From an uncultured Candidatus Saccharibacteria bacterium (GTDB taxonomy: Bacteria; Patescibacteriota; Dojkabacteria; SC72): DNA of 64,000 nt. The stretch covers positions 45,599 to 109,598 of the forward strand of contig CAZSUV010000001.1 of the NCBI GenBank assembly GCA_964610125.1, written 5' to 3'. Under the pieces are notes generated by a model that did not search any database, was not told the DNA's origin, and worked only from the letters and a program-made list of their open reading frames with translations. A program made the translations under genes and the position numbers. Numbering within the stretch: the stretch's first letter is position 1; every line of letters begins with the position of its first letter. Below, in pieces: positions 1 to 9,635 of this stretch.

Positions 1-801
1 AATGTTACAGCTGGAGAAGAAGGCTGTTCTGAAACAAGTTGTACCGTAACATCTACCTTTAGTCCAGCAGATCCTGGAACTTTTTATATTTATACATATA
101 CAGGCTATCATGCTGGAACTGAAAACTGGGGTTGTGATTCTCTTCCAACTAATGGTTATGCAGACTGTCAAAACTCAAGTAATAAATATATAACCTTCGT
201 AGTTTCAGCAGCACCTACTAAGCCAGTAGTAGAATCGATTACAGGTCCTACCACAGGAATAGTAGGCCAACCATATAGCTTTTCTACCGTTGTTTCTTCA
301 ATTACCGGTGTAGAAATCTCAAGCATTCGTCTTGCTCAAACCAATAATGCCTTAACTCCTAATAATGCAACTAACTTAGCTTTCAAAACTGCAGGTGTAG
401 ATAGCAACTGTACTAGTTATCTTTGTACCGCAACAGGTAGCTTCACACCTAGCGTAGCAGGAACCTACTATATATTTACATTCTCTCATTACAATAATGT
501 AGATTGTGATACCCATCTTTCGACTATTCCTCTTTACACGTGTTTTAATTCTGCTGGAAAATACATAACTTTTGTTGTTAAGACAGAGGCTGAAGCACAA
601 AATGATGAAGAAGGTACAAGCAATGAAGAATTACCATCAACAGGACTATTTTTTAATCAAACAAGAAACATATTGGTTGGCTTAGGATTTATATCTTTGG
701 GAATATTTATAACGCCAGCTTCTCAAATAACGAGGATTCTGAACTTCTTAAATAAAAGTAGAGCAGGTAGTCGAAGATCAAAGTTTGAAAAGAAATTCTA
801 G
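1..801 (+). CDS. LPXTG-anchored surface protein paralog (5' end outside the window), Cys-containing repeat domain plus LPSTG sorting signal
   Basis: Frame 1 is open from position 1 to the TAG at 799-801. Translation of the first ~200 bp parallels the end of domain 1 of the 887-1924 protein. The C-terminus is EELPSTG, then a hydrophobic stretch, then a basic tail (RRSKFEKKF), i.e. a classical sortase signal. Positions 204-652 are identical to 1324-1772. Confidence 0.7.
   Translation, partial: NVTAGEEGCSETSCTVTSTFSPADPGTFYIYTYTGYHAGTENWGCDSLPTNGYADCQNSSNKYITFVVSAAPTKPVVESITGPTTGIVGQPYSFSTVVSSITGVEISSIRLAQTNNALTPNNATNLAFKTAGVDSNCTSYLCTATGSFTPSVAGTYYIFTFSHYNNVDCDTHLSTIPLYTCFNSAGKYITFVVKTEAEAQNDEEGTSNEELPSTGLFFNQTRNILVGLGFISLGIFITPASQITRILNFLNKSRAGSRRSKFEKKF
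204..652. repeat. 449-bp perfect direct repeat, copy 1 of 2 (partner at 1324-1772), inside tandem paralogous surface-protein genes
   Basis: Base-by-base comparison of the two copies; flanks fall to ~90% identity and then diverge. Confidence 0.85.
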
Positions 802-886
802 CCTTTAATCATCGGTACTTCTATCTTGCAGTATATATTCAGTTGATATATTCTATTATGTAGTCTAACTTACATGCCTAAATAAA

Positions 887-1924
887 ATGTCCATTAGATA
901 TAAGGGAATCTTATTCATAGTAGCCTTTTTATTCTTGTTTTTTGTAAAACCATACTCATCATATGCGGATGCGTTGACCCATCCACCTGTGGTTACATCA
1001 TTAACAGGTCCTAATGTTGGGTATTATGGTCAAACATATGATTTCACAGTTTCTGCTACATCTGGTAGTGGTTATACAATTACAGCATTATATTTGCAAA
1101 ATGATGGTGATACTATCGCAAGTAAAACAGTTGGGGATAGTGGCTGTACAGGCACAAGTTGCTCATTTACGGGAAGCTTCACTGCGCCTGTTATTGGTAC
1201 TTCTCATATTCATGCTGCGGTTGGTTATACAAATGGTTCTGATTCAAATACATGTAATTCGTATTCAGGAGATGCAACTACCGATTGTCAGAATTCTGGA
1301 AACAAGTATATTACCTTTGTAGCTTCAGCAGCACCTACTAAGCCAGTAGTAGAATCGATTACAGGTCCTACCACAGGAATAGTAGGCCAACCATATAGCT
1401 TTTCTACCGTTGTTTCTTCAATTACCGGTGTAGAAATCTCAAGCATTCGTCTTGCTCAAACCAATAATGCCTTAACTCCTAATAATGCAACTAACTTAGC
1501 TTTCAAAACTGCAGGTGTAGATAGCAACTGTACTAGTTATCTTTGTACCGCAACAGGTAGCTTCACACCTAGCGTAGCAGGAACCTACTATATATTTACA
1601 TTCTCTCATTACAATAATGTAGATTGTGATACCCATCTTTCGACTATTCCTCTTTACACGTGTTTTAATTCTGCTGGAAAATACATAACTTTTGTTGTTA
1701 AGACAGAGGCTGAAGCACAAAATGATGAAGAAGGTACAAGCAATGAAGAATTACCATCAACAGGACTATTTTCTAATCAGACAAGAAACATATTGGTTGG
1801 CTTAGGGTTTATATCTTTAGGAATATTAACGACCCAAACGACAAGAATAATGAATATACTTGGATTATCTAATGAAAAGAAAACGGCAAAACGAAGATCA
1901 AAATTAGAAAAAAGGTATAAATAA
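887..1924 (+). CDS. LPXTG(LPSTG)-anchored cell-surface protein with two ~115-aa Cys-containing repeat domains
   Basis: N-terminal signal peptide (ILFIVAFLFLFFVKPYSSYA). Two homologous domains, each ending ...NSG(N/A)KYITFV. C-terminal ELPSTG, hydrophobic segment, then KRRSKLEKRYK. Confidence 0.8.
   Translation: MSIRYKGILFIVAFLFLFFVKPYSSYADALTHPPVVTSLTGPNVGYYGQTYDFTVSATSGSGYTITALYLQNDGDTIASKTVGDSGCTGTSCSFTGSFTAPVIGTSHIHAAVGYTNGSDSNTCNSYSGDATTDCQNSGNKYITFVASAAPTKPVVESITGPTTGIVGQPYSFSTVVSSITGVEISSIRLAQTNNALTPNNATNLAFKTAGVDSNCTSYLCTATGSFTPSVAGTYYIFTFSHYNNVDCDTHLSTIPLYTCFNSAGKYITFVVKTEAEAQNDEEGTSNEELPSTGLFSNQTRNILVGLGFISLGILTTQTTRIMNILGLSNEKKTAKRRSKLEKRYK
1324..1772. repeat. 449-bp perfect direct repeat, copy 2 of 2
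   Basis: Identical to 204-652 (offset 1120 bp). Confidence 0.85.
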
Positions 1925-1946
1925 GGTTAGAATTTGGGAGTAGGAT

Positions 1947-2606
1947 TTACCCTTGTATATTTTCAAGAATCGTCTTAACCCTTGGTAATATCTCTGTAGC
2001 CATTTCCATCTTTGTAACTTTACCTTCAGGGTTCATATATTCATGAGTCTTTCTCATATCTGCATCCTTTGATTTGCATAATAGAATTCCTCGACTATTA
2101 TATACAGGATTTCTAAAATCATCTTCTGCACCGGAGGTTGTCTGTTTATTTATTTCATCAAGCAGGAATTTAACTAAATGATCATCATTTTCTAATCCAA
2201 CATTATTCATTTCCCGAATTAATTTATCTACAGCGAATAAAGTTCGAAAAGTAGAAATAGAATATGAGCGTTCGTTGTAGAAGCTTTGTCCCTCTAGAGG
2301 ATCTTCGATTACACCTAGTGTAAATAGTTTGTTTTGCATTAATCGAACATTCTCATCATCCGTAAGTACATAAGAGATACCAATAGGTTTTTCAAAGTTA
2401 GGATATTTGTATATCTTGGTTAAGTCATTTGATAAGTAATGTAGGATTTTATCCCCGTCTATAGCGCAAATACCGCGAACATCTGAAATAAATGATGCAT
2501 ATTTTATCTCTTGCGTGCTTCCATCATAGTACCCTTGCATGAAGTTTTTTTCTGTCTGTGAAGCATCTGTGCTTCCAATATCTGTTGTTCCTGGTTCTGT
2601 AATCAT
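1947..2606 (-). CDS. hypothetical protein (219 aa) directly downstream of the XRE regulator, probable operon partner
   Basis: Long ORF with a 17-bp gap to the upstream XRE gene on the same strand. No motif recognised. Confidence 0.45.
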   Translation of the reverse strand: MITEPGTTDIGSTDASQTEKNFMQGYYDGSTQEIKYASFISDVRGICAIDGDKILHYLSNDLTKIYKYPNFEKPIGISYVLTDDENVRLMQNKLFTLGVIEDPLEGQSFYNERSYSISTFRTLFAVDKLIREMNNVGLENDDHLVKFLLDEINKQTTSGAEDDFRNPVYNSRGILLCKSKDADMRKTHEYMNPEGKVTKMEMATEILPRVKTILENIQG

Positions 2607-2623
2607 ATTCGATTATATCACCC

Positions 2624-3148
2624 TTAATACCTAACTTCTTGTGCTAATACTTTCCCCAATATAATCATACCCTTGAATGTCCTAATATTCTCAATCCTTA
2701 AACTATTATTATCCCTAATCAAAACCATATCATTGAGATTAATCTCGCTATTGGGAGAAACATATATAATACCCTTTGTTCCATCTGTGATACCCATATC
2801 CAAAGCAAAAGCCTCTGGATCAATACTCAAAACCCAATCAGGAGCATTGTAAAATAAAAAGGTATTAGATTTATTAAAAACAAAGTTATTAGGAACAGTA
2901 ATGAATAGTGGAATACGGCTGAAATTCATCTTAATACTCCCATCCGTAATATCATTTAGTAAATCAGAAGGAGTAGTATTCAAAGCCTTAGCTAAAGACT
3001 CTAACTGATTTAATGGAGAACTAACCCCACGCTCATACCTTGAAATCATTTCCCAAGTCTTACCAATCTTGTCAGCTAATTGTTGTTGGGTTAGATTTTG
3101 TCTCTCACGATATATCTTAATATTTTCACCGATATAATTGTTGTTCAT
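2624..3148 (-). CDS. XRE-family helix-turn-helix transcriptional regulator with C-terminal beta-rich (LexA/S24-like?) domain
   Basis: LTQQQLADKIGKTWEMISRYERGVSSPLNQLESLAKALNTTPSDL matches the HTH_XRE pattern. The C-terminal half lacks a clear GDSM S24 motif. Confidence 0.7.
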   Translation of the reverse strand: MNNNYIGENIKIYRERQNLTQQQLADKIGKTWEMISRYERGVSSPLNQLESLAKALNTTPSDLLNDITDGSIKMNFSRIPLFITVPNNFVFNKSNTFLFYNAPDWVLSIDPEAFALDMGITDGTKGIIYVSPNSEINLNDMVLIRDNNSLRIENIRTFKGMIILGKVLAQEVRY

Positions 3149-3344
3149 ATATATAGAATTGTATTCATAACAAGAAGATTAAAGAATAGAAGAGAAAGTC
3201 TTTTAAAAGAACTAATAAGCCGTATCGTAAGAAAAATGAAAGAAATATATTTAATAATTAAATATGGAAGAATTACAAAAAATAACCAATCTGTATGAAA
3301 AAATTCTAAAAAAGAAGTACATGGCTCAAAGAGACGTCAGGATA

Positions 3345-3818
3345 CTAAAAAAACTTACGAAGCGGATACACGACATGAACCCAATTATCCTTTAACCATT
3401 TATCAGCTAATCTCTGTTCCTCAAGTAAACCTCGTTTTGCCAGTTCTTTGTTGATGATATTTCCTTGATGTGGTTTGTCGAAACGTTTTTCCAATGGAGA
3501 GCTAAACCCATGGGCATAGTGACACAGCTCATGGGCTATAGTCCCTTTGACGACATATTCAGGGACCATTTCGTTTTGAAAATATTTAGTCATAGTTATT
3601 ACTGTCACCCGTTTGTCATCTTGTACTTCGTAATCATCTTGATTCTTTCTTAACAAACTCTTTATCTTTGTATATTCATTTGCAATCTTAATACTACCTA
3701 ATTGACGTTTAGAATATTTACCGAATTTGATTAGGACAAGGTTTTTTCTTGGAATATCGGAGAAATTATCTTCCCACAAATCATACATTAAATTTTCTAA
3801 ATATTTTCTATCTCTCAT
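3345..3818 (-). CDS. DUF45/YgjP-like (M48-related) HExxH metal-dependent hydrolase
   Basis: PEYVVKGTIAHELCHYAH resembles the DUF45 consensus (..YVvvHELcHl..). An upstream KRQLGSI resembles the rWGSC motif. Confidence 0.6.
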   Translation of the reverse strand: MRDRKYLENLMYDLWEDNFSDIPRKNLVLIKFGKYSKRQLGSIKIANEYTKIKSLLRKNQDDYEVQDDKRVTVITMTKYFQNEMVPEYVVKGTIAHELCHYAHGFSSPLEKRFDKPHQGNIINKELAKRGLLEEQRLADKWLKDNWVHVVYPLRKFF

Positions 3819-3832
3819 GCTATTATATTAAA

Positions 3833-5638
3833 ATGATTTTACAAAATTACAAGAAAAAAATCCTTACCTTGCTCAATGTTCTTAAGTTCATATATGGACG
3901 ATATACAGTTACAGCGGTAACCAGAGATATCCTTTTTGTAATAGGTACTGCATCTGAAGTATACAGCATTACCATAGTTGGCAAATTCATTGATGAGGTT
4001 GCAAAGATACTCTTAGATTGGAATCAGTTTGATATATCTCAATTTTTCCAAACTCAAGCTTTCATTCATCTCGTTACAATCCTCATACTTTGGTCCATAT
4101 TACAAGCATGTAATCAAGCAAAACAGCATCTTTACAATGTAATATATGAAAGAGTGTGGGAAGATGCCAGATATATGATGGTGGCAAAAGTCTCGCAATC
4201 TAATCTTCAGGATGTTGAACAAGAAAAATTCCAAGATTTGCTTACATATGCCCCAGCATATTCCATAGATCGAATAATCCAAACATACAACAGTTTTGCA
4301 GGAATAATGAGCAGCATGGTTAGATTTGTAAGTGCGGGATTAATCATATTTGAAACAATGAGCTGGTCTGTTTTAGTACTTATATTGTTTGTATTACCAG
4401 AGATAGTCATTGTACACATTCGCAGAAAGAAGATTCGTGGATATCAGGATGAAAAAGTTGGGAAACTTAAATTCCTTAACTATTTACTTAATGTGACTTT
4501 AACAATCGCAAATTTCTCAGAATTAAGAGTAAATGATACATTCGCATACACTAAGCGAAGATACCAAGAGGAATATGATCAATTCTTATATGGATATTTA
4601 AAAACAGATTCGAAGCTTTACAGAGACAGGACGAGCTTCTCAATCATTGGGCAAGCACTCAAATTTATATATGTCATCTACGTCCTTTCCTTCTCCATCA
4701 TAAAGAAGTTAAGCTTAGGTACTTTTAAAGCTTTGTATGACTATGTAGATATGACATATTCAAGTGCTTACACGGTATTTGATTCCATCACTTACATTTC
4801 TTCATTACTGGGGTATGATGAAAAGTTCTTTGACCTAATGGACTACGAAGGCTTTGGAGATCATGCCCATGGTGAAAAGAAATTAAAAAAGGGTACTCCA
4901 ACTATTGAGCTTAAGAATCTTAGCTTTTCATACCCAGATGATCCTAAGACAATGGTTTTGAAACATATCGATATTGAGATTAAACCAGGAGAGAAAATAG
5001 CATTCTTTGGTAGTGATGGATCAGGTAAGAGTAGCATGGTTAAGATCTTGGCTGGACTGTATCAGATACAGCTAGGAGAATATCTTGTAGATGGTTATTC
5101 TGTAAAAGATTTGGATAGGGGGGAATTAAAGAAAAAAATAGCTGTAACATTCCAAGATTTCATTAATTACAATTTTAGTTTAAGGGAGAATATCGTCATA
5201 TCTGGTGAAAGAAAAAATGTTAACAAACGCTTGTATGACGATGTAGCTAAAGCATCTCAGGTATATGATTTCATGAAGAAAGAGAAACTTGAAGATACCC
5301 ATATCTTAGGTAAGACATTCCCTGGTGGAAAAGACCTCTCTCCGGGATATTGGCAAAGATTGGCTATTGCTAGAATGCTTTACCGAAATAGAAGAATCTT
5401 TGTCATGGATGAATCATTTACATTCATAGATTCAGAGTCTAAAGAAGTAATTTTACATAATATATTGGATTTTGTTGGTTCTGAAAGAACATTAATATAT
5501 ATAACTCGAAGTGTAGAAGACTTGGACCTGTTTGATAGAATATACTTCTTTGAAAACGGTAAGGTTGTAGAATCTGGTAACTTCAAAGAACTAATGAAGA
5601 AAAAGAAGAAATTCTACAAGATAGCTAAAGAAAGTTAG
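3833..5638 (+). CDS. ABC transporter, fused transmembrane permease and ATP-binding domains (exporter type)
   Basis: N-terminal TM-rich half. Walker A GSDGSGKSS, signature LSPGYWQRLAIAR, Walker B IFVMDESF. Start chosen at the ATG at 3833 to avoid a 70-bp overlap with the upstream gene; the ORF is open from 3749. Confidence 0.8.
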   Translation: MILQNYKKKILTLLNVLKFIYGRYTVTAVTRDILFVIGTASEVYSITIVGKFIDEVAKILLDWNQFDISQFFQTQAFIHLVTILILWSILQACNQAKQHLYNVIYERVWEDARYMMVAKVSQSNLQDVEQEKFQDLLTYAPAYSIDRIIQTYNSFAGIMSSMVRFVSAGLIIFETMSWSVLVLILFVLPEIVIVHIRRKKIRGYQDEKVGKLKFLNYLLNVTLTIANFSELRVNDTFAYTKRRYQEEYDQFLYGYLKTDSKLYRDRTSFSIIGQALKFIYVIYVLSFSIIKKLSLGTFKALYDYVDMTYSSAYTVFDSITYISSLLGYDEKFFDLMDYEGFGDHAHGEKKLKKGTPTIELKNLSFSYPDDPKTMVLKHIDIEIKPGEKIAFFGSDGSGKSSMVKILAGLYQIQLGEYLVDGYSVKDLDRGELKKKIAVTFQDFINYNFSLRENIVISGERKNVNKRLYDDVAKASQVYDFMKKEKLEDTHILGKTFPGGKDLSPGYWQRLAIARMLYRNRRIFVMDESFTFIDSESKEVILHNILDFVGSERTLIYITRSVEDLDLFDRIYFFENGKVVESGNFKELMKKKKKFYKIAKES

Positions 5639-5679
5639 CCTGTATACATTGCCTATGCACAGAGTGTAAAATAGACGCT

Positions 5680-6549
5680 ATGGAACTCTTAAACGGCAAA
5701 TTACTCTCACAAAATATATTAGATGATATCTCTCAAGAAATTGCAGATATTAAACGTAAAGGGGGAAAGACTCCTAGGTTAGATATGATATTGGTTGGGG
5801 ATGATTTCGGAAGTATTAAGTATGTTCAGATGAAAGAGAAAGCTGCTAGAGATATTGGGATAGAGAGTGTAATTCACAGAATGGACAACAGTGTAAATAC
5901 TTTGGATATCATAAACCTCATAGACTCCCTAGACAAAGACCTTAATGTAGATGGATATATGGTTCAGTTACCATTGCCTGATAATATAAATACAAATTTA
6001 GTATTAGATGCAATAGATTCAAGAAAGGATGTTGATGGGCTTTCACCAGTAAATTTAGGAAAACTTTTTCAAAAAGATTCTTCAGCAATTGCTCCAGCTA
6101 CACCTTTGGGAATAATGAAGCTATTAGAAGAATACAATATTAAGCTCTTTGGAAAACATGTTGTAATCTTAGGTGCTAGTACTATTGTTGGAATACCTCT
6201 AGAGGCGATGCTACTTGAAAAGAATGCTACTGTAACAATTTGCAATATCCATACTGTAGATATTGAAGAGATGGCTCAACAGGCAGATATATTAATTTCT
6301 GCAACTGGTAAACCATTGCTTGTTAAAAAAAATTTCCTTAAACCCGGAGTTGTGGTTATAGATGTTGGTTCAAGCAAACATCCTGAAACAGGTAAGATAG
6401 TAGGGGATGTGGATTGGGAATCTATTCAAGGTATTCCTTCATATATCACTCCTGTTCCTGGTGGTGTTGGTCCTATGACGATAGCCTCACTCATGCTTAA
6501 TTTAATGACCTGCTACAAGAAAAATGATAAAAGATTTAGAAATATATAA
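5680..6549 (+). CDS. folD: bifunctional methylenetetrahydrofolate dehydrogenase/methenyl-THF cyclohydrolase
   Basis: Length 289 aa. Motifs DGLSPVNLGKL, GASTIVGIPL and TPVPGGVGPMT are typical of FolD. Confidence 0.85.
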   Translation: MELLNGKLLSQNILDDISQEIADIKRKGGKTPRLDMILVGDDFGSIKYVQMKEKAARDIGIESVIHRMDNSVNTLDIINLIDSLDKDLNVDGYMVQLPLPDNINTNLVLDAIDSRKDVDGLSPVNLGKLFQKDSSAIAPATPLGIMKLLEEYNIKLFGKHVVILGASTIVGIPLEAMLLEKNATVTICNIHTVDIEEMAQQADILISATGKPLLVKKNFLKPGVVVIDVGSSKHPETGKIVGDVDWESIQGIPSYITPVPGGVGPMTIASLMLNLMTCYKKNDKRFRNI

Positions 6550-7756
6550 CAGTATTCAGTCTGAAGCACTTAGACAGAAAGAAGGATTAGAATTAATAGC
6601 TTCTGAGAACTATGTTAGTGGAGATGTCCTTGAAGCTTTAGGCTCTATATTAACCAATAAATATTCGGAAGGTTACCCAGACAAACGTTACTATGGTGGA
6701 AATAAATATATTGACGAAATAGAGAAAGAGGCAATTTCAAGAGCTAAGAAACTATTCGGAGCTGAGCATGTTAATGTTCAACCATATTCTGGATCTCCTG
6801 CAAATCAGGCAGTACATTTTGCATTACTACAACCGGGTGATAAAACAATGGGAATGGCTTTAGATGCGGGTGGACATTTAACTCATGGATTTAAAGTTTC
6901 ATTTTCGGGGAAATATTACAATTCAGTAAGTTATGGTGTAGATGAAAATGGATATATTAGCTATGAGGAGGTTAGGGAATTAGCTCTAGAACACCAACCT
7001 AAGCTCATATGGGCAGGATTCTCAGCATATTCTAGAATTATAGATTGGAAAAAATTTAGAGATATTGCTGATGAAGTTGGAGCATACTTAGCCACAGATA
7101 TTTCTCATGTTGCTGGTCTTGTTGTTTCTGGTCTTTACCCATCTCCCGTTGGTATTGCAGATGTTGTAACTACCACAACGCATAAAACATTGAGAGGCCC
7201 AAGAGGAGCCATAATTATGTGCAAAGAATCACTTGGAGAGCAGATAGACAAAGCTGTGTTCCCAGGGCTTCAGGGAGGCCCACACAACCATGTCACCGCC
7301 GCCATGGCAGTTGCATTTAACGAAGCTTCTACAACAGAGTTCAAACAATATGCTAAGCAAATAATTGTAAATGCAAAAACGTTGTCTGAATCATTAAAAA
7401 GACTGGGTTATGTAATAGTTTCAGGCGGAACCGACAATCATCTCTTTCTAGTAGATACTGTAAAAAGTGTAAATCTATCAGGAAATGAAGCTTCAGACAT
7501 TTTAGAAAAAGCAAATATAACTGTTAACAAAAATACCGTACCCAAAGATACAAGAAAACCATGGAATCCATCAGGTATTAGAATTGGAACACCAGCATTA
7601 ACAACTAGAGGAATGAAAGAAGGAGAAATGGAAATAGTAGCTCAGTACATAGATAGGGCATTAAAGGGTCCAAGTGATGATAATTTAGAAAAAATTAAGT
7701 TAGAGGTAAAAGAATTTACAAAAAATTACCCAATACCAGGAATAGATAAAATTTAA
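6524..7756 (+). CDS. glyA: serine hydroxymethyltransferase
   Basis: LELIASENY near the N-terminus and the PLP-lysine region TTTTHKTLRGPRGA. Confidence 0.9.
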   Translation: MIKDLEIYNSIQSEALRQKEGLELIASENYVSGDVLEALGSILTNKYSEGYPDKRYYGGNKYIDEIEKEAISRAKKLFGAEHVNVQPYSGSPANQAVHFALLQPGDKTMGMALDAGGHLTHGFKVSFSGKYYNSVSYGVDENGYISYEEVRELALEHQPKLIWAGFSAYSRIIDWKKFRDIADEVGAYLATDISHVAGLVVSGLYPSPVGIADVVTTTTHKTLRGPRGAIIMCKESLGEQIDKAVFPGLQGGPHNHVTAAMAVAFNEASTTEFKQYAKQIIVNAKTLSESLKRLGYVIVSGGTDNHLFLVDTVKSVNLSGNEASDILEKANITVNKNTVPKDTRKPWNPSGIRIGTPALTTRGMKEGEMEIVAQYIDRALKGPSDDNLEKIKLEVKEFTKNYPIPGIDKI

Positions 7757-7767
7757 ACATTCTAGAC

Positions 7768-8343
7768 ATGATACTCTCAGACAAGACCATAAAGGAGAAA
7801 TTAAAAACAGGTGAACTAACGATTGAACCATTCGATGAAAAATATCTTCAACCAGCCTCATATGATTTGCATTTAGATAGCCATTTCTTAATTTTTAACA
7901 AAAAGAAAGATTTCATCATAGATGTTAAGCAACCAATCGAAGACCTCATGCAAAGTGTAGAAGTAGATGAGGAAGAAGGATATATCCTTCACCCAGGAGA
8001 ATTTGTTCTAGCCAATGTAAAAGAAGTGACAGGAGTTGATGGAAAACATATTGCGAGATTAGAAGGGAAGAGTTCATTAGGAAGATTAGGGTTAGCAATT
8101 CATGTTACTGCAGGATTCCTAGATCCTGGAAATAGTCTTAGGCTTACATTACATATGATTAATCTCTCTCCATTACCAATTAAAATATATCCAGGGATGA
8201 AAATAGCACAAATCATATTTGAACTCTTAGATCAGGAATGTGAAAGGAAATATGGTAGTGATGGATTAGGGAACAAATATGTGGGAACAATGACTGTGAA
8301 GGGAAGTGAATATTGGAAAAACTTTAAAAATGGATTAATGTAG
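7768..8343 (+). CDS. dcd: dCTP deaminase
   Basis: MILSDKTIKE... N-terminus, GKSSLGRLGL motif and ~190 aa length are typical of Dcd. Confidence 0.8.
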   Translation: MILSDKTIKEKLKTGELTIEPFDEKYLQPASYDLHLDSHFLIFNKKKDFIIDVKQPIEDLMQSVEVDEEEGYILHPGEFVLANVKEVTGVDGKHIARLEGKSSLGRLGLAIHVTAGFLDPGNSLRLTLHMINLSPLPIKIYPGMKIAQIIFELLDQECERKYGSDGLGNKYVGTMTVKGSEYWKNFKNGLM

Positions 8344-8348
8344 TATAA

Positions 8349-9635
8349 TTGGTGATGAACAACACAATCCGAGATCAATTTCCAATACTTAAAACCAAGA
8401 TCAATGGCAATCCAATTGTATATCTGGATAACGCGGCTACTACTCAAAAGCCTCAATTTGTACTTGATGCTATCAATGATTACTATACTAAGTACAATGC
8501 AAATATCCATAGAAGTTCCCATGCATTAGCAAAAGAAGCTACTGAGAGATGGAAGAATGCACATCAAATAGTGGCAGATTTCTTGAATGCAGATAGCTAC
8601 AAGGAAATTGTGTTTACCAGAAATACAACGGAAGGATTAAATCTTTTGGTTAATACATATGGAAAAGCAAATCTCTCTAAAGGGGATATTGTCATAATCT
8701 CTGAGATGGAACATCACAGTAATATTGTTCCATGGATGATTTTACAAAAAGAGATTGGTTTTGAAATTAGATATATTCCTGTAAATGAGAATTTTGATCT
8801 AGATATGAATTGGTTAGAGGAAGAAATTAAAAAAGAAGGAGAGAGAATTAAAATTGTTTCTGTTGTACATATTTCTAATGTCCTTGGAACATTAAATCCA
8901 GTTAAAGAAATTGCTGAATTAGCACATAGGGTAGGGGCCTTTGTGATTGTTGATGCTGCTCAAAGTGTCCAGCATGTTAAGGTAGATGTTAAGGATATTG
9001 ATTGTGATGCTTTGGTATTTTCGAGTCATAAGATATATGGACCAACAGGCAATGGTGTTCTGTATTGTAAAGAAAATATTTTAGAAAAACTTCCTCCATA
9101 TATGGGTGGTGGTGAAATGATATTGAGTGTTTCTAAGGATGGATTTGAAATGAATGATTTGCCATGGAGATTTGAAGCGGGCACTCCTGATATTGAAAGT
9201 GGAATAGTTCTTGGAGAAACTATTCAGTGGTTTAAGAAAACGGTAGACGAAATGGGTGGGTTTGAAAAACTCATTGAGCATGAAAGAAGTTTAATGAAAG
9301 AATTGTTTGATTCTTTTGATGGTATTGATTGGTTTAAGCCATTTGGAAAGACAGATTACAATAACCGATATGGTGTTTTAACTTTCAATATTAAAGGTTT
9401 TAGTTTTAAGGGTTGTAAAGACAAAGAAAAGGATAACAAGGAAGGAGATGGAATAGTTGGATATATTAGCAAAAAAGGTATGTGTGTTAGAGAAGGGTTT
9501 CATTGTGCAGAACCGTTGCATGATGCATTTCATGTTGGGCCTACCATGAGAGCAAGCTTTGGAATATACAACAATATAAAAGACGTAAAAGATTTTGCTA
9601 AATCTCTTAAAGAAGCTGTACTTTCAACCTATTAA
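8349..9635 (+). CDS. sufS: cysteine desulfurase (SufS/CsdA-like class V aminotransferase)
   Basis: HRSSHALAKEA, PLP-lysine motif SSHKIYGPTGNG, and catalytic-Cys motif REGFHCAEP (RxGxHCA). Confidence 0.75.
   Translation: MVMNNTIRDQFPILKTKINGNPIVYLDNAATTQKPQFVLDAINDYYTKYNANIHRSSHALAKEATERWKNAHQIVADFLNADSYKEIVFTRNTTEGLNLLVNTYGKANLSKGDIVIISEMEHHSNIVPWMILQKEIGFEIRYIPVNENFDLDMNWLEEEIKKEGERIKIVSVVHISNVLGTLNPVKEIAELAHRVGAFVIVDAAQSVQHVKVDVKDIDCDALVFSSHKIYGPTGNGVLYCKENILEKLPPYMGGGEMILSVSKDGFEMNDLPWRFEAGTPDIESGIVLGETIQWFKKTVDEMGGFEKLIEHERSLMKELFDSFDGIDWFKPFGKTDYNNRYGVLTFNIKGFSFKGCKDKEKDNKEGDGIVGYISKKGMCVREGFHCAEPLHDAFHVGPTMRASFGIYNNIKDVKDFAKSLKEAVLSTY

Noticed and set aside
376-600. 74-aa minus-strand ORF, duplicated identically at 1496-1720
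   Set aside because: Lies antisense within the perfectly repeated 449-bp block of the LPSTG genes. The duplication simply mirrors the repeat, and the sense-strand genes have strong features (signal peptide, sorting signal).
1014-1322. 102-aa plus-strand ORF in an alternative frame of the LPSTG gene
   Set aside because: Overlaps the well-supported 887-1924 CDS in another frame. Leu/Val-rich translation is typical of out-of-frame reading in an AT-rich gene.
3098-3298. 66-aa ORF in the intergenic region between the XRE and DUF45 genes
   Set aside because: Low-complexity K/I/R-rich translation of an AT-rich spacer. Opposite strand to both neighbours; no RBS or motif.
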